In this document: piece after piece, positions 27,520 to 37,312 of the stretch
Layout: the number at the start of each line of letters is the position of its first letter
Position numbering within the stretch: position 1 is the stretch's first letter
Source: an uncultured Saprospiraceae bacterium
GTDB taxonomy: Bacteria; Bacteroidota; Bacteroidia; Chitinophagales; Saprospiraceae
Reading direction: 5' to 3'
Length of the DNA: 64,000 nucleotides
Assembly: GCA_937918905.1 (NCBI GenBank)
Contig: CAKZSH010000028.1
Span: 59,139 to 123,138 of the forward strand
Notes under the pieces: model-generated
What the model was told of the DNA's origin: nothing
The model's input: the letters and a program-made list of their open reading frames with translations, nothing else
Databases searched by the model: none
Position numbers and translations under genes: made by a program

Positions 27520-28287
27520 TCATTTAAAGAAAATTAAAATCGCCCCAACCGCAGTCATCACTAAAATCAATTTTCGATAATCATCATTTTTAATTTTTTT
27601 CACCAAATAAATTCCCACCCAAAATCCAAAAATCACCATCGGTATCAACCTTAAATTTACAGCAACAGATTCCATCGAAATGGTGCCCCAATAAAAAACG
27701 TGAATAGGGAATTTGATAATATTGATGATAAAAAATAACCAAGCCGCTGTTCCAATAAATTGATCTTTAGGCATTCGCATGGCTAGGAAAAAGATATTGG
27801 AAAATGCTCCAGCCAAGTTCCCAATCATTGTTGTAAAACCAGCCATAAATCCCATAATCGTTCCAAACCACCAATTGGTTGGAACTGTTTTTACTTTTCG
27901 GTTTTCCCACCAAAACATCATAATTACGGAAACGATTATGATGATCGCCATCCCTCTTTTAAAAGTAACTTCATCTAAATTTTTCCCTACTAAACTACCT
28001 ACCAAAACACCAATAATCATCCAAGGTAAAAGTTTAAATAAATACTTCCATTGCGCATGACGATTATAATAAATGACTGCGAAAATATCACCAAGCATCA
28101 GCAAAGGAAGCATGATGCCCGTAGAGGCTTGACTTTCAAAAACAAAAGCTAAAATGGTGACGGTAATTATGGTAATTCCTTTAATCCCTGCTTTGGCGAT
28201 GCCTATGAGAAAGGCTGCAAAAAATGCAAAAATCCAATAAGAGAGGGAGACTTGAAATTGTGGGGCTAGTTCGAGAATGGAGGACAT
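27520..28287 (-). CDS. TauE/SafE-family anion (sulfite) exporter
   Basis: 255 aa, ~8 helices, with the internal-duplication pattern typical of TauE/SafE (DUF81). Confidence 0.75.
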   Translation of the reverse strand: MSSILELAPQFQVSLSYWIFAFFAAFLIGIAKAGIKGITIITVTILAFVFESQASTGIMLPLLMLGDIFAVIYYNRHAQWKYLFKLLPWMIIGVLVGSLVGKNLDEVTFKRGMAIIIIVSVIMMFWWENRKVKTVPTNWWFGTIMGFMAGFTTMIGNLAGAFSNIFFLAMRMPKDQFIGTAAWLFFIINIIKFPIHVFYWGTISMESVAVNLRLIPMVIFGFWVGIYLVKKIKNDDYRKLILVMTAVGAILIFFK

Positions 28288-28321
28288 ATATTGTTGATAT
28301 TCAGTTGGTTATATGACTTTA

Positions 28322-28442
28322 CTAGACCTAAGAATAAAGATTTAAGACATAAGATTTTTACGATTGTATAAATTACTAAAAATCAATTGATAACAAGATT
28401 GTTAGAAGTCTTATCATCTTAAATCTTTTTTCTTATATCTAG
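28322..28442. repeat. Hairpin with ~36-bp arms built from ttaagat/taagac words
   Basis: ctagacctaagaataaagatttaagacataagattt pairs with gaagtcttatcatcttaaatcttttttcttatatctag. Word content is related to the hairpin at 47270. Confidence 0.8.
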
Positions 28443-28452
28443 CAACTAGAAA

Positions 28453-29655
28453 TTATTTGTTGATTTTTCGTAGTACTTGCTCTGCAATGTACTCCATTTT
28501 TTTTACAAAAATATCAATCTCTTCCTCTGAATTATAATAATGAATAGAAGCCCGATTGACACTACTCAACCCACGTTTGTCCATATCAATAACAGTAGAA
28601 AAACGTGCGCTAACAGAAGTATTGACACTTTGTTGAAGCAGTACTTTATGTAAATCCTCAGGTGGAATTTTATCTAAAACAAAACTTACAATTCCACATT
28701 TTTGATTGCCAATATCTAAGACTTTTATTCCTTCAATGTGATTTAATTTTTCTCTTAAAATATTGGATAAATGTTGAATCCGTTTCCAAGTATTTTTGAT
28801 CCCTAATTGATTCAAATAGGAGAGGGCTTTAGAAAAACCTAAAACTAAAGCATAGGATTTTTCCCAATTTTCAAACATTTTAACATCGCTATCCAAATGA
28901 TAATTTTCAACGTCATCCCAATGTGCAGTTACCATATCCAAAGTTGGCGGATTTAATTTTTTTAAAATGCCTTTTCGGACATACAAAAATCCTAAACCTC
29001 TTGGGCCTCTTAAATATTTTCGACTGGTAGTTGCTAGGAAATCACATTGGATTTTTTCAACATCAACTGGCATATGACCCACCGACTGGCAGGCATCCAA
29101 TAGATAAAGAATGTTATGTTTTTTTGCGATAGCACCTATTTTTTCAGCTGGGACAATCAAACCACTATTGGTAGGAATATGTGTGATGGCAATGAGTTTT
29201 ACCTGAGGTGAAATCATTGATTCCATTTTTTCCAACATTATATTTCCAAATTCATCATTCGGTATAATTTGGATCTCAATTCCTTTTTGTTTTTTAAGGT
29301 TTAAAAAATTAATAAAATTATTTCCATACTCAACTTCTGAAGTGAGAATGATGTCTCCTACTTCAAATGGAATAGCGTACAAGGCTTTGTTAAAACCTTC
29401 CGATGCATTTCCTACAATTGCAATTTCATCAGGAGAAGCATTGATAAGCGTAGCGGCTTCTTGATAAAATTGGTCAATGGTTTTTTGATATTGATCTTTG
29501 GCTTCGTAGCCGCCTACCATTGCTTCGAGTTGAAGGTATTCTGTGATAACATCAACGACAGCTTTGATGGGAAGGGAACATCCTGCATTATTAAAATGTA
29601 GCACATTTTGTACACCAGGAGTATCTGCTCTAAGTTGGTCGATATTTAAGTTCAT
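28453..29655 (-). CDS. Class V aminotransferase-fold PLP enzyme (cysteine desulfurase / lyase-like)
   Basis: FNNAGCS, LDACQSVGH and the lysine region TSRKYLRGPRGLGFLYV. The start ATG overlaps the upstream stop (TAATG). Confidence 0.8.
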   Translation of the reverse strand: MNLNIDQLRADTPGVQNVLHFNNAGCSLPIKAVVDVITEYLQLEAMVGGYEAKDQYQKTIDQFYQEAATLINASPDEIAIVGNASEGFNKALYAIPFEVGDIILTSEVEYGNNFINFLNLKKQKGIEIQIIPNDEFGNIMLEKMESMISPQVKLIAITHIPTNSGLIVPAEKIGAIAKKHNILYLLDACQSVGHMPVDVEKIQCDFLATTSRKYLRGPRGLGFLYVRKGILKKLNPPTLDMVTAHWDDVENYHLDSDVKMFENWEKSYALVLGFSKALSYLNQLGIKNTWKRIQHLSNILREKLNHIEGIKVLDIGNQKCGIVSFVLDKIPPEDLHKVLLQQSVNTSVSARFSTVIDMDKRGLSSVNRASIHYYNSEEEIDIFVKKMEYIAEQVLRKINK

Positions 29656-31619
29656 TAATTTTGGTAAATTAATTTTCCAGTAAAATTATTTTTTTCTCCT
29701 TTGATATTTAAAAAATAAGTTCCCGTTGGAAATTGTAAAGGTATTGTTAGGAAATGTTTCCCTTTAGGAAGTTGCCCTATATTTTTTCCAAAAACTATTT
29801 TTCCTTCCAAATTAGTTAAGGTAAATTTTATATCATCTGATTGTTGTAATTCAAATGAGATATTTTGATTTTGGGAAAATGGATTTGGATATTTTACATC
29901 AAATACATTTTCCAAAACCTCTGAATTGTTGACTGAAAATTCAGTACCCAAATCCAAAAATAAAACAAAACCATCATGATCGGAAGTATAATAATTGGGA
30001 GAATTAGTAGTAAAGTAATCGTCTGAAAAATCTGAGTTAGCTCTTACATATTGTAGTTTATCAACCGTAAGTCCTTGTAAATCAGTAGTTAAGCAATGAT
30101 CTAGGATTTGAGCATTGTTTTGAAAAACAAAAGAATATTGTTCTTCTTCGGGAACTGTAAGGCTTTGATTGGTCAATGGAATGGAAACAATATTTTGAAC
30201 TGGATATTCAGCACCCAAGGAAGGGGTACCTGCAATTTGATTAACGATATCGACTCTTCCATCCGAAAATTGAAAGGCATTAAAATCGCCAACAACTACT
30301 AAATTTTCATTGATTCTTGCTTCCACCATTTGCGCCACAGAGATGGCCTGTTCATGTCTTCTTATCCATTTGGTACTTGATGAGCCTCCTAAAGATTTTA
30401 GATGTAAGTTTAAAACTTTGATTGGTTTTGGAGGAGTAGTGTTAAAATTTCCTTCCAATAATAATGGCGGTCGATAATGTAAACTTCCTCCTACACTTAA
30501 ATTTTCATTAGCACCTAGTTGAGTAACTTGTACATCCGAAACGGTATTTTTCACCAAATAACCAACCTCAATTATAAAGCTTCCACTCGAACCACTCGAA
30601 ATCAAATAAGGCGTGTATATAATGTTAGGATGCATACTTTGAATATGATTTGCAAGATCTTGAAGTACAAATAAACTCCTCACTTCTTGAACAGCAACAA
30701 TGTCTGGTGCTTTCATGAGGTCAACAATGTAGTTGGCTAGTTTTTGTCGCCGAATATTATATTCACTTTCCAAATTTGAAAACACTAAACAATTAATGGA
30801 ACCAATTGTAGCTTGAGTATTTAATGGAGCATCCACTCCTTGAAAAGGTGGTTGACCTGTAATTTCATAATCGGTAGCCCTCAAAATATAATCTTCAAAA
30901 GCATAATCAATGACGCCAGTAGCAGCAATATTTAATCGAGCAGAAAGATTGTTTTGATTCGGTAAACCAAATTCATCAGGATCAAAATCAAGGATTTCAG
31001 GATTGCCATCCCACTCAGGTAAACCATTGGGCGCAGGTGCTAAAATACCAGGTTCTCTAAAACTTCTTTTTGCTCCAATTTTGATTGGCGTTTCTCCAAA
31101 TTGATTTGTCGATGCAGTTGTTGTGGCTTGTGAAAATTGAACCAACATCCCTTCCACTTTTTCCAAATCAGGATAACTACCTGATGTTTCTGAAGGGTAA
31201 TTTTCAGTTAAAAGAACAGGAGTTGGAAGAGCCACATTTGTTGAATCAATGGTTATAGTCAATCCATCAGCTTCATCAATTTGAGTACGTTGAAAAAATT
31301 CCCTTACTGTTCCAGTAATAGAAACCAAATTTCCTTCTTGTACCGTAGGAGTATTGTTAGTAATTATTTTGATGCCGTTGGAAGTTGAAAGATTGGTATC
31401 GGCTCGATAGTCAGGGGTTTGAATAAAAAAGAAATCGTTACCTACTGCGGTGACCACATTTTGATTGGTTTGTACAGTTTGATTGAGGTATGGAGAGAAA
31501 ATTTGATCTCCTTGAATTTCCCATATTTCCAGTTCAGGAGTCTGTGCCTGTAATATGTTGAAAGTCAGTAAGTTAAGTCCTAATAGTATCATCAATTTTT
31601 TCATAAACATTTCTTTCAT
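29655..31619 (-). CDS. Secreted endonuclease/exonuclease/phosphatase (EEP) family protein with T9SS C-terminal sorting domain
   Basis: Signal peptide. EEP signatures include VAVQEV, NLHLKS, GDFNAF and SDHDG. The C-terminal YPNPFSQNQNISFEL...GTYFLNIKG...KLIYQ resembles a Por/T9SS tail. Confidence 0.8.
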   Translation of the reverse strand: MKEMFMKKLMILLGLNLLTFNILQAQTPELEIWEIQGDQIFSPYLNQTVQTNQNVVTAVGNDFFFIQTPDYRADTNLSTSNGIKIITNNTPTVQEGNLVSITGTVREFFQRTQIDEADGLTITIDSTNVALPTPVLLTENYPSETSGSYPDLEKVEGMLVQFSQATTTASTNQFGETPIKIGAKRSFREPGILAPAPNGLPEWDGNPEILDFDPDEFGLPNQNNLSARLNIAATGVIDYAFEDYILRATDYEITGQPPFQGVDAPLNTQATIGSINCLVFSNLESEYNIRRQKLANYIVDLMKAPDIVAVQEVRSLFVLQDLANHIQSMHPNIIYTPYLISSGSSGSFIIEVGYLVKNTVSDVQVTQLGANENLSVGGSLHYRPPLLLEGNFNTTPPKPIKVLNLHLKSLGGSSSTKWIRRHEQAISVAQMVEARINENLVVVGDFNAFQFSDGRVDIVNQIAGTPSLGAEYPVQNIVSIPLTNQSLTVPEEEQYSFVFQNNAQILDHCLTTDLQGLTVDKLQYVRANSDFSDDYFTTNSPNYYTSDHDGFVLFLDLGTEFSVNNSEVLENVFDVKYPNPFSQNQNISFELQQSDDIKFTLTNLEGKIVFGKNIGQLPKGKHFLTIPLQFPTGTYFLNIKGEKNNFTGKLIYQN

Positions 31620-31683
31620 TTAAAAAATAGTAATAAACAATTACTATTTTTGAACAATACCTTTTTTAATTTATTTTAAATAT

Positions 31684-32160
31684 ATGCAAGACAAGACCAA
31701 CGATCCTTTTATGACAAAAGCTAAAGACCCTGTAAATCAAGCAACGGTAGTGCTTGGGTTTATAGTGGTTTTCATTGCTTTGACAAAAATAGCAATTTGG
31801 ACGGGAGCAGCCGAATTTAAAGACTATATTCCATGGATAATATCGGCTTCCTTTCTTTTGTTTTTTGCAGTACTCAATTCTATTTTTAGTCTTAGTTCGG
31901 ACGATATGAATAAATATTGGATTCGATCTATGATTTCTTATTCGGTACTGGCAATTATTTCTGGGATTTTAGCGTATTTAACTTCGTCAGTTTCTTTTGA
32001 AGAAGCAGGAACAATTCGATGGATTTTTATTGTATTGACTTTTGTCTATCTCGTTTTTTTATCCATTGTCAATTTTATGAAAAGGATTGTTTCTTTTGCG
32101 GAACGAGAGGAATGGCAAGCACCTAAAAAGAGAAGTAAAAATCGTAAAGGGAGAAGATGA
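31684..32160 (+). CDS. Hypothetical 4-TM membrane protein with basic C-terminal tail
   Basis: 158-aa ORF with four hydrophobic segments. No family recognised. Confidence 0.5.
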   Translation: MQDKTNDPFMTKAKDPVNQATVVLGFIVVFIALTKIAIWTGAAEFKDYIPWIISASFLLFFAVLNSIFSLSSDDMNKYWIRSMISYSVLAIISGILAYLTSSVSFEEAGTIRWIFIVLTFVYLVFLSIVNFMKRIVSFAEREEWQAPKKRSKNRKGRR

Positions 32161-32170
32161 GTTTTGATTC

Positions 32171-32275
<105 letters not shown>

Positions 32276-32278
32276 ATC

Positions 32279-32833
32279 ATGAAGAATAATATTTTAAATT
32301 TCGGGTTTTCAATTTTTGCAATTGTATTGTTTTTTTCTTGTAGCCCAAATCCAAAAGTAGCAAATACCAGCTATGATGTAAAAAAAGCAGAAGCTAGAAT
32401 TGCATCAGCAACGGCTACGGTAGGCGATACGCTTAAAAAAATTGAAAAAACAGATGCTGAATGGAAAGCACAATTGACCAAAGAAGAGTATTATGTATTG
32501 CGTCAAGCGGGAACGGAACGTTCTTTTACGGGCGATCTTTGGGATAATAAAAAGGAAGGAATTTATACTTGTGCAGGATGTGATTTGCCATTGTTTGATT
32601 CTTCTACCAAATATAAATCAGGGACAGGTTGGCCGAGTTATTATCAACCGATTAAGGAGGAACACATCGGAAACGATACGGATCAAAAATTAGGATATAC
32701 TCGAAATGAAGTGCATTGTGCGAGATGTGGCGGGCACTTGGGGCATGTATTTAATGATGGACCACAGCCGACTGGATTGAGATATTGTATCAATTCTGTT
32801 TCGTTGAATTTTGTAGAGGAAAAAGAAAAGTAA
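32279..32833 (+). CDS. msrB: Peptide-methionine (R)-S-oxide reductase, lipoprotein/secreted form
   Basis: Two CxxC pairs ([21 protein letters not shown]) and RYCINS with the catalytic Cys. N-terminal signal with FFSC lipobox. Confidence 0.92.
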   Translation: MKNNILNFGFSIFAIVLFFSCSPNPKVANTSYDVKKAEARIASATATVGDTLKKIEKTDAEWKAQLTKEEYYVLRQAGTERSFTGDLWDNKKEGIYTCAGCDLPLFDSSTKYKSGTGWPSYYQPIKEEHIGNDTDQKLGYTRNEVHCARCGGHLGHVFNDGPQPTGLRYCINSVSLNFVEEKEK

Positions 32834-32838
32834 TATTT

Positions 32839-32899
32839 TAATTGGCAGGTTGATTTGAAAATATTGAATCAACCTGCCAATTGAAATTGGCGGTTACAC
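32839..32899. repeat. Copy E3 (variant) of the CCGCCAAAT family
   Basis: attggcaggttga pairs with tcaacctgccaat, followed by tgaaattggcggttaca. The ggTTAca end supplies the TAA stop of the minus-strand gene at 32894. Confidence 0.75.
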
Positions 32900-33484
32900 T
32901 TTTAAAGAATATTTGACCATCTGAAAATGCTCCACTAATTTTTCAAAATCCTTAGTTTCCTTTGGGATTTCTATTTCACCATTTCCATTAAAAAAACTAT
33001 AATCAACGGATTTAATTTTTATCCGATTGGTATTGATGTCAATGGATGCAATTTTTAAATACGGAATTAATTGATTTTCTCTAGTTCCATATTTCCTTTC
33101 ATTTCTTGCTATCGCAATTTTATTGAGCGTATTTAAGTTTTCCTGCGACATAAATTTGGCGACTGCATGTTCGCCAACTTCAAAGCAAATTGATTTATAA
33201 TGATTTAAAAATCTATAATAAAATACCACCGCCATAAATAAGAATAACAATCCTAATTTTGGAATTGCATTTCTTAAAATGGGCATAATGCTTTTTCCTG
33301 GATTGACATTAAAGCTGAGCCAAAAGAAAATAAGGGCAAAAACAATGACAAATATTAGCAAGATTCTCATCACTTTTTTTGCCACATAACTAGATACTTT
33401 TGAAGAATCAAATTGATAAATCATACTTATATTGAAATTGATAAATTCTAAATATGTAAAGATATAAACTTTAAAAAACTCCAT
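32894..33484 (-). CDS. Hypothetical membrane protein
   Basis: 196-aa ORF with two central TM helices. No family recognised. Confidence 0.45.
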   Translation of the reverse strand: MEFFKVYIFTYLEFINFNISMIYQFDSSKVSSYVAKKVMRILLIFVIVFALIFFWLSFNVNPGKSIMPILRNAIPKLGLLFLFMAVVFYYRFLNHYKSICFEVGEHAVAKFMSQENLNTLNKIAIARNERKYGTRENQLIPYLKIASIDINTNRIKIKSVDYSFFNGNGEIEIPKETKDFEKLVEHFQMVKYSLKV

Positions 33485-33552
33485 ATTTACTTTTGCAATA
33501 ATAATTTAAAGTCAATCTAACTTGTCCACTCTTTAAATTTCCAATTTTTCCT

Positions 33553-33560
33553 TACTTTTG
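33553..33560 (+). promoter_or_regulatory. Candidate -7 box TACTTTTG for the acyltransferase gene
   Basis: Exact TAnnTTTG 32 nt upstream of the TTG start at 33592. A second identical box lies at 33488-33495. Confidence 0.4.
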
Positions 33561-33591
33561 CCGTTTTCGAAATCAAACTAATCAATCTATA

Positions 33592-34878
33592 TTGTACAGT
33601 TTTGTTAGACCCATAGCGGCATTAGCTTTAAAGATTTTTTTTAGAAAAATCTACTTTACGAATCGTGACCGATTGCCGAAGGGGAAACCTTTGATCCTTG
33701 CCATCAATCATCCAACTGCTTTTATCGAACCTTGTATTTGTGCTTGTTTTTTGCCAATGCAACTTTATTTTTTGGTACGTGGTGATTTATTTAAAAAACC
33801 ATTTTATCGAAAAATATTGAATATCCTACATATGGTTCCGATTTATCGAATGGCGGAAGATGGGTATGGTTCAATGAAAAAAAATAACGATACATTTCGT
33901 TTTTGTTATGATGCATTGAATGAACGTAAGACTGTTGTTATTTTGCCAGAGGGAAGCACGGTGCAAGAAAAAAGATTGCGTCCTATCAAAAAAGGTTTGG
34001 CTCGAATTGCTTTTGGGGCCTATGAAACTCATGGAGATATTGACTTGCATATTGTTGCTATTGGCGTCAATTACACGGAACCCGATAAGTTTAGATCGGT
34101 TGCGATGTTTGATGTGGGAGAGCCGATTAGATTGAGAGATTATTATGATTACCATGCTGAAAATCCTAAAAAGGCGATTCGGCTTTTAACGGCTAAGGTG
34201 AAAGAAGATTTGGAAAACTTGATTGTGAGCATTCCTGAAGTGGATGATGAAAAATTAACAGAGCAGTTTTTTTCGATTTATCATAACGATCATAAAGAGA
34301 AAATTTTCCCGATAGTTGCAGAGAACAGAAAACCATTGACGGATGAAATGAATATTGGAAAAGGAGTTCATCAAATGACTCCCGAAGAAAAAAATAATTG
34401 GTCGCAACAGATTGAAAATTATTTATCCAACTTAAAATCCAAAGGAGTTTCTGATGTCGGATTGCAAAAACCAAAGATGTACAATTGGAAAAATACTTTG
34501 TTTTTAGTGCTTGGTTTTATTCCATTTTTACTTGGGTTTTGGTTGAACTATCCCATTTTCGGATTCGCAAAACATGTGTCTCAAACCAAGGTAAAACGCC
34601 AAGAATTTAAAGCACCTGTGGCATTGGCGGTAGGTTTGGGATTGAGTATTGTTTTAGTTTTTTTCTTGGTTTCAGTTGGTGTTGCATTTTGGGGATGGTG
34701 GGCGATTTTGGTTTTGATTGGGTTGTTTTATTTGGGCCGTTTTTCATTAGTTTATTTGGAAATTTATGAAAAATGGAAAGCTGCGAAAGCAAGTCGTAAA
34801 TTGAATTCCAATGAAATTGAAGCATTGAAAAAAGAAAGAAAATTAATATCTGATAGAGTAGGGGAAATGATTGCATGA
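33592..34878 (+). CDS. Glycerol/lysophospholipid acyltransferase-family protein with C-terminal TM domain
   Basis: NHPTAFIEP (HX4-acidic motif), PEGSTVQE motif, C-terminal hydrophobic helices. TTG start. Confidence 0.7.
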   Translation: MYSFVRPIAALALKIFFRKIYFTNRDRLPKGKPLILAINHPTAFIEPCICACFLPMQLYFLVRGDLFKKPFYRKILNILHMVPIYRMAEDGYGSMKKNNDTFRFCYDALNERKTVVILPEGSTVQEKRLRPIKKGLARIAFGAYETHGDIDLHIVAIGVNYTEPDKFRSVAMFDVGEPIRLRDYYDYHAENPKKAIRLLTAKVKEDLENLIVSIPEVDDEKLTEQFFSIYHNDHKEKIFPIVAENRKPLTDEMNIGKGVHQMTPEEKNNWSQQIENYLSNLKSKGVSDVGLQKPKMYNWKNTLFLVLGFIPFLLGFWLNYPIFGFAKHVSQTKVKRQEFKAPVALAVGLGLSIVLVFFLVSVGVAFWGWWAILVLIGLFYLGRFSLVYLEIYEKWKAAKASRKLNSNEIEALKKERKLISDRVGEMIA

Positions 34879-34985
34879 TTGTCCAATTGTTTTGCTTCGC
34901 AATTGTTTGATTGTAATCGGAAAAGTATGATTCCTATCTATTCGACTACAATCAAACAATTGCGAAGCAAAACAATTGGACAATC
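34877..34985. repeat. Near-perfect 43-bp-stem hairpin filling a convergent spacer; the left arm overlaps the TGA stop
   Basis: gattgtccaattgttttgcttcgcaattgtttgattgtaatcg pairs with cgactacaatcaaacaattgcgaagcaaaacaattggacaatc with one mismatch. Confidence 0.9.
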
Positions 34986-34997
34986 AAATTCTTTTGA

Positions 34998-36275
34998 TTA
35001 AAAAACATACGCTTGATCTCTTTTCCTAAAATTCAATAACAGCTCTTTAGCATCTGCCTCTGATTTATTGACGAAATAATATTTTTGTAACAATTCTCTT
35101 GCAGCTTCTTCGACGGGTACATTCGGATAATAATTATCTCTCGCAAAATGTACAAACTTCATTAAAAAGAAAGCATTAAACCACCGAAAAAAACGTCCTC
35201 CAAAAGTAATAGGAGCGGTCGTATTCGCTTGAATTTCAGCTAGTTTCGCATCGAAATTATTATCATTTAAAAAAGTCAAAATTGATTCAGGTAAATGTTT
35301 TTTCATCATTTCCAATTGTTCTTTTTCAAAAAACAAAAGGTTGGGAGCCACATCTAAAAATTGTTTGAGATCATCGAAGATTTTAAAATTGTAAGTGTAA
35401 TACTCAACTGAATTTTGATCTTGATTTTTATTTTCCAAAATATCATTGACTGCTTTACCAGTTCCAAATGGTACTCGATGCGACTTGCGAGGAGAGGGAA
35501 TGACCGTGGTATTTTTAAGAACTGAAAAAGCATTGATAGCGGTAAATTTATGTAGAAAATAAAAATCCTCACCCGCCTTCCTTTTATTCATTCCACCTTG
35601 TTGTTGGTACGCATCACAACGAACTGCCATGCTTGACCCAATCGTTTGAAACGCCAATGGAAAACTTGCATATTTTTGGGCGTGAATATAATACCTTAAA
35701 TGTAATTCATACTTTGTGATGGCTTCATAAATTTCAGTTTGATAATCATTTCCTTCCAAGGGATGCTCAAAATGAATTCCACACGCTTGAGTTTTTTGGT
35801 TTTTGGAAAAATGAGTTTCGATAGCTTGAAAATAATTTTTTTCACAAAGACTATCGGCATCAAAACAAACAATAACGCCATCAGATTTTCCCACACTTTC
35901 CAAACGTCGAACAGCTTCATCCATCCCAATTTTTCGAGCAGTTCCTACGCCTGCAATTTTTTGTTTAAGGTTAGTTTTGTAAATGATATGAAATTGTAAA
36001 TGTATTGTTGAGTTTTCTTTTGCCCAGCCAGTTGCAGACTCGAAAGTTTTTTGATTTTGAGATTTTACGGCATCTGAGGATTGTTCTCCATCATTAATAA
36101 TGACGATGACTTCTGTATCGCAAGTAGGCTTGTCACAATTTTTCAAACCATCCAATGATTGAATAAGATGATGTTCATCGTAGCAAGGAATGACGACAAT
36201 CATTCCGAGATTTTGAGTAGGAGTTTGGTTGATGAGTTTGGGGTAGAGGGCTTGTTTTTCCAAGTAACGTGTCAT
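34998..36275 (-). CDS. Family-2 glycosyltransferase
   Basis: VVIPCYDE N-terminal GT2 signature and a DAD (DxD) motif at CFDADSL. Starting at the internal ATG 36275 gives an ATGA overlap with the upstream stop. The listed start is 36296. Confidence 0.75.
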   Translation of the reverse strand: MTRYLEKQALYPKLINQTPTQNLGMIVVIPCYDEHHLIQSLDGLKNCDKPTCDTEVIVIINDGEQSSDAVKSQNQKTFESATGWAKENSTIHLQFHIIYKTNLKQKIAGVGTARKIGMDEAVRRLESVGKSDGVIVCFDADSLCEKNYFQAIETHFSKNQKTQACGIHFEHPLEGNDYQTEIYEAITKYELHLRYYIHAQKYASFPLAFQTIGSSMAVRCDAYQQQGGMNKRKAGEDFYFLHKFTAINAFSVLKNTTVIPSPRKSHRVPFGTGKAVNDILENKNQDQNSVEYYTYNFKIFDDLKQFLDVAPNLLFFEKEQLEMMKKHLPESILTFLNDNNFDAKLAEIQANTTAPITFGGRFFRWFNAFFLMKFVHFARDNYYPNVPVEEAARELLQKYYFVNKSEADAKELLLNFRKRDQAYVF

Positions 36276-37177
36276 TCTTCTTCTTCGTTTTTCCAATATT
36301 CTAATTCAAAAATTTCACCAGACCATTGAGAGAAATTCTTTTCTGTTAAATCCAAAACTTTTTCTTCAATCTTTTCTCCATGTTTATTGTAATTTACTTT
36401 GCGAGTGGAGCTTAAATTATCATTGGTAAAAACCTCTTCTTCGATGAGTTGATTTTTATCATTTGTTTTAACGATGCTCTCTTTTTTCAAACCTTGCTTT
36501 GGATAAAGCATTTCCATACCGATGATATTTCCATCATCATCTTCAAGGGTAGTTTGCTCTAAAATAATATCGTTATTGTCTGTGTAGAATACTTTTGCAT
36601 AATCTAAATCGCCAGCTTCATTATATTCGTAGAGGGTACAAGTGGGAGGTTGCTCTGAGAAATTATCGTTTTTTTGAATGACGTTATTTTTATCATCGTA
36701 TTTATAACTTGTTGATATCCAGGGTTTTGTAAAGTCGTCGCCATCGTATTCTGTTTTGTCTAGCAAGTTTCCACGTTCATCATAAGTATATTGCACTTTT
36801 CCAGAAATCACCTCTTCATCATCAATAAAAAGTTCACTTAGGATTTTATCATTATCATCATATTCAAATTGAATACCTGCATAACCTCCTCCTTCGTAGA
36901 TTTCTCTTTGTTCTATTTTTCTACCCTTTTCATCATATTTGTATTCCCAATTTTGTTGCATTTGGTTGACATAATCAGTTTGGGTAGTTTTTAATAACAA
37001 TGCTCCTTCATAAATGTGTTCTACCAAGATATTTATTTCATCGTTTTCATAAATTTCTTCTCGAATAGAATTGCCTGCTTCATTATATTGAACATAACTC
37101 ACTAAAAATTTTTCAGTCATGTTACCGTCCTCATCGCATTCGTAGTCGTATGATTTTTTTGATTTTAATTTTGGCAT
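36272..37177 (-). CDS. Small acidic protein made of ~8 YD-type (Rhs-like) repeats, no signal peptide
   Basis: Repeats YDYECDEDGN, VQYNEAGN, YKYDEKGR, FEYDDNDK, YTYDERGN, YKYDDKNN, YEYNEAGD and NYNKHGE. Confidence 0.6.
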   Translation of the reverse strand: MPKLKSKKSYDYECDEDGNMTEKFLVSYVQYNEAGNSIREEIYENDEINILVEHIYEGALLLKTTQTDYVNQMQQNWEYKYDEKGRKIEQREIYEGGGYAGIQFEYDDNDKILSELFIDDEEVISGKVQYTYDERGNLLDKTEYDGDDFTKPWISTSYKYDDKNNVIQKNDNFSEQPPTCTLYEYNEAGDLDYAKVFYTDNNDIILEQTTLEDDDGNIIGMEMLYPKQGLKKESIVKTNDKNQLIEEEVFTNDNLSSTRKVNYNKHGEKIEEKVLDLTEKNFSQWSGEIFELEYWKNEEEE

Positions 37178-37197
37178 TTTTTTTAATTGTTTTTTTT

Positions 37198-37300
37198 TGC
37201 CACATAGGACACATAGCTGTTTTCACAATAGAGCACAATAGGTTAGGTCGAAAAAATTATGTGCTCTATTGTGAAAATATCTATGTGGGCTATGTGGCAA
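37198..37300. repeat. Hairpin with ~43-bp arms and cacatag words
   Basis: ttgccacataggacacatagctgttttcacaatagagcacaata pairs with tatgtgctctattgtgaaaatatctatgtgggctatgtggcaa. Confidence 0.85.
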
Positions 37301-37312
37301 AACTCTAAAATA

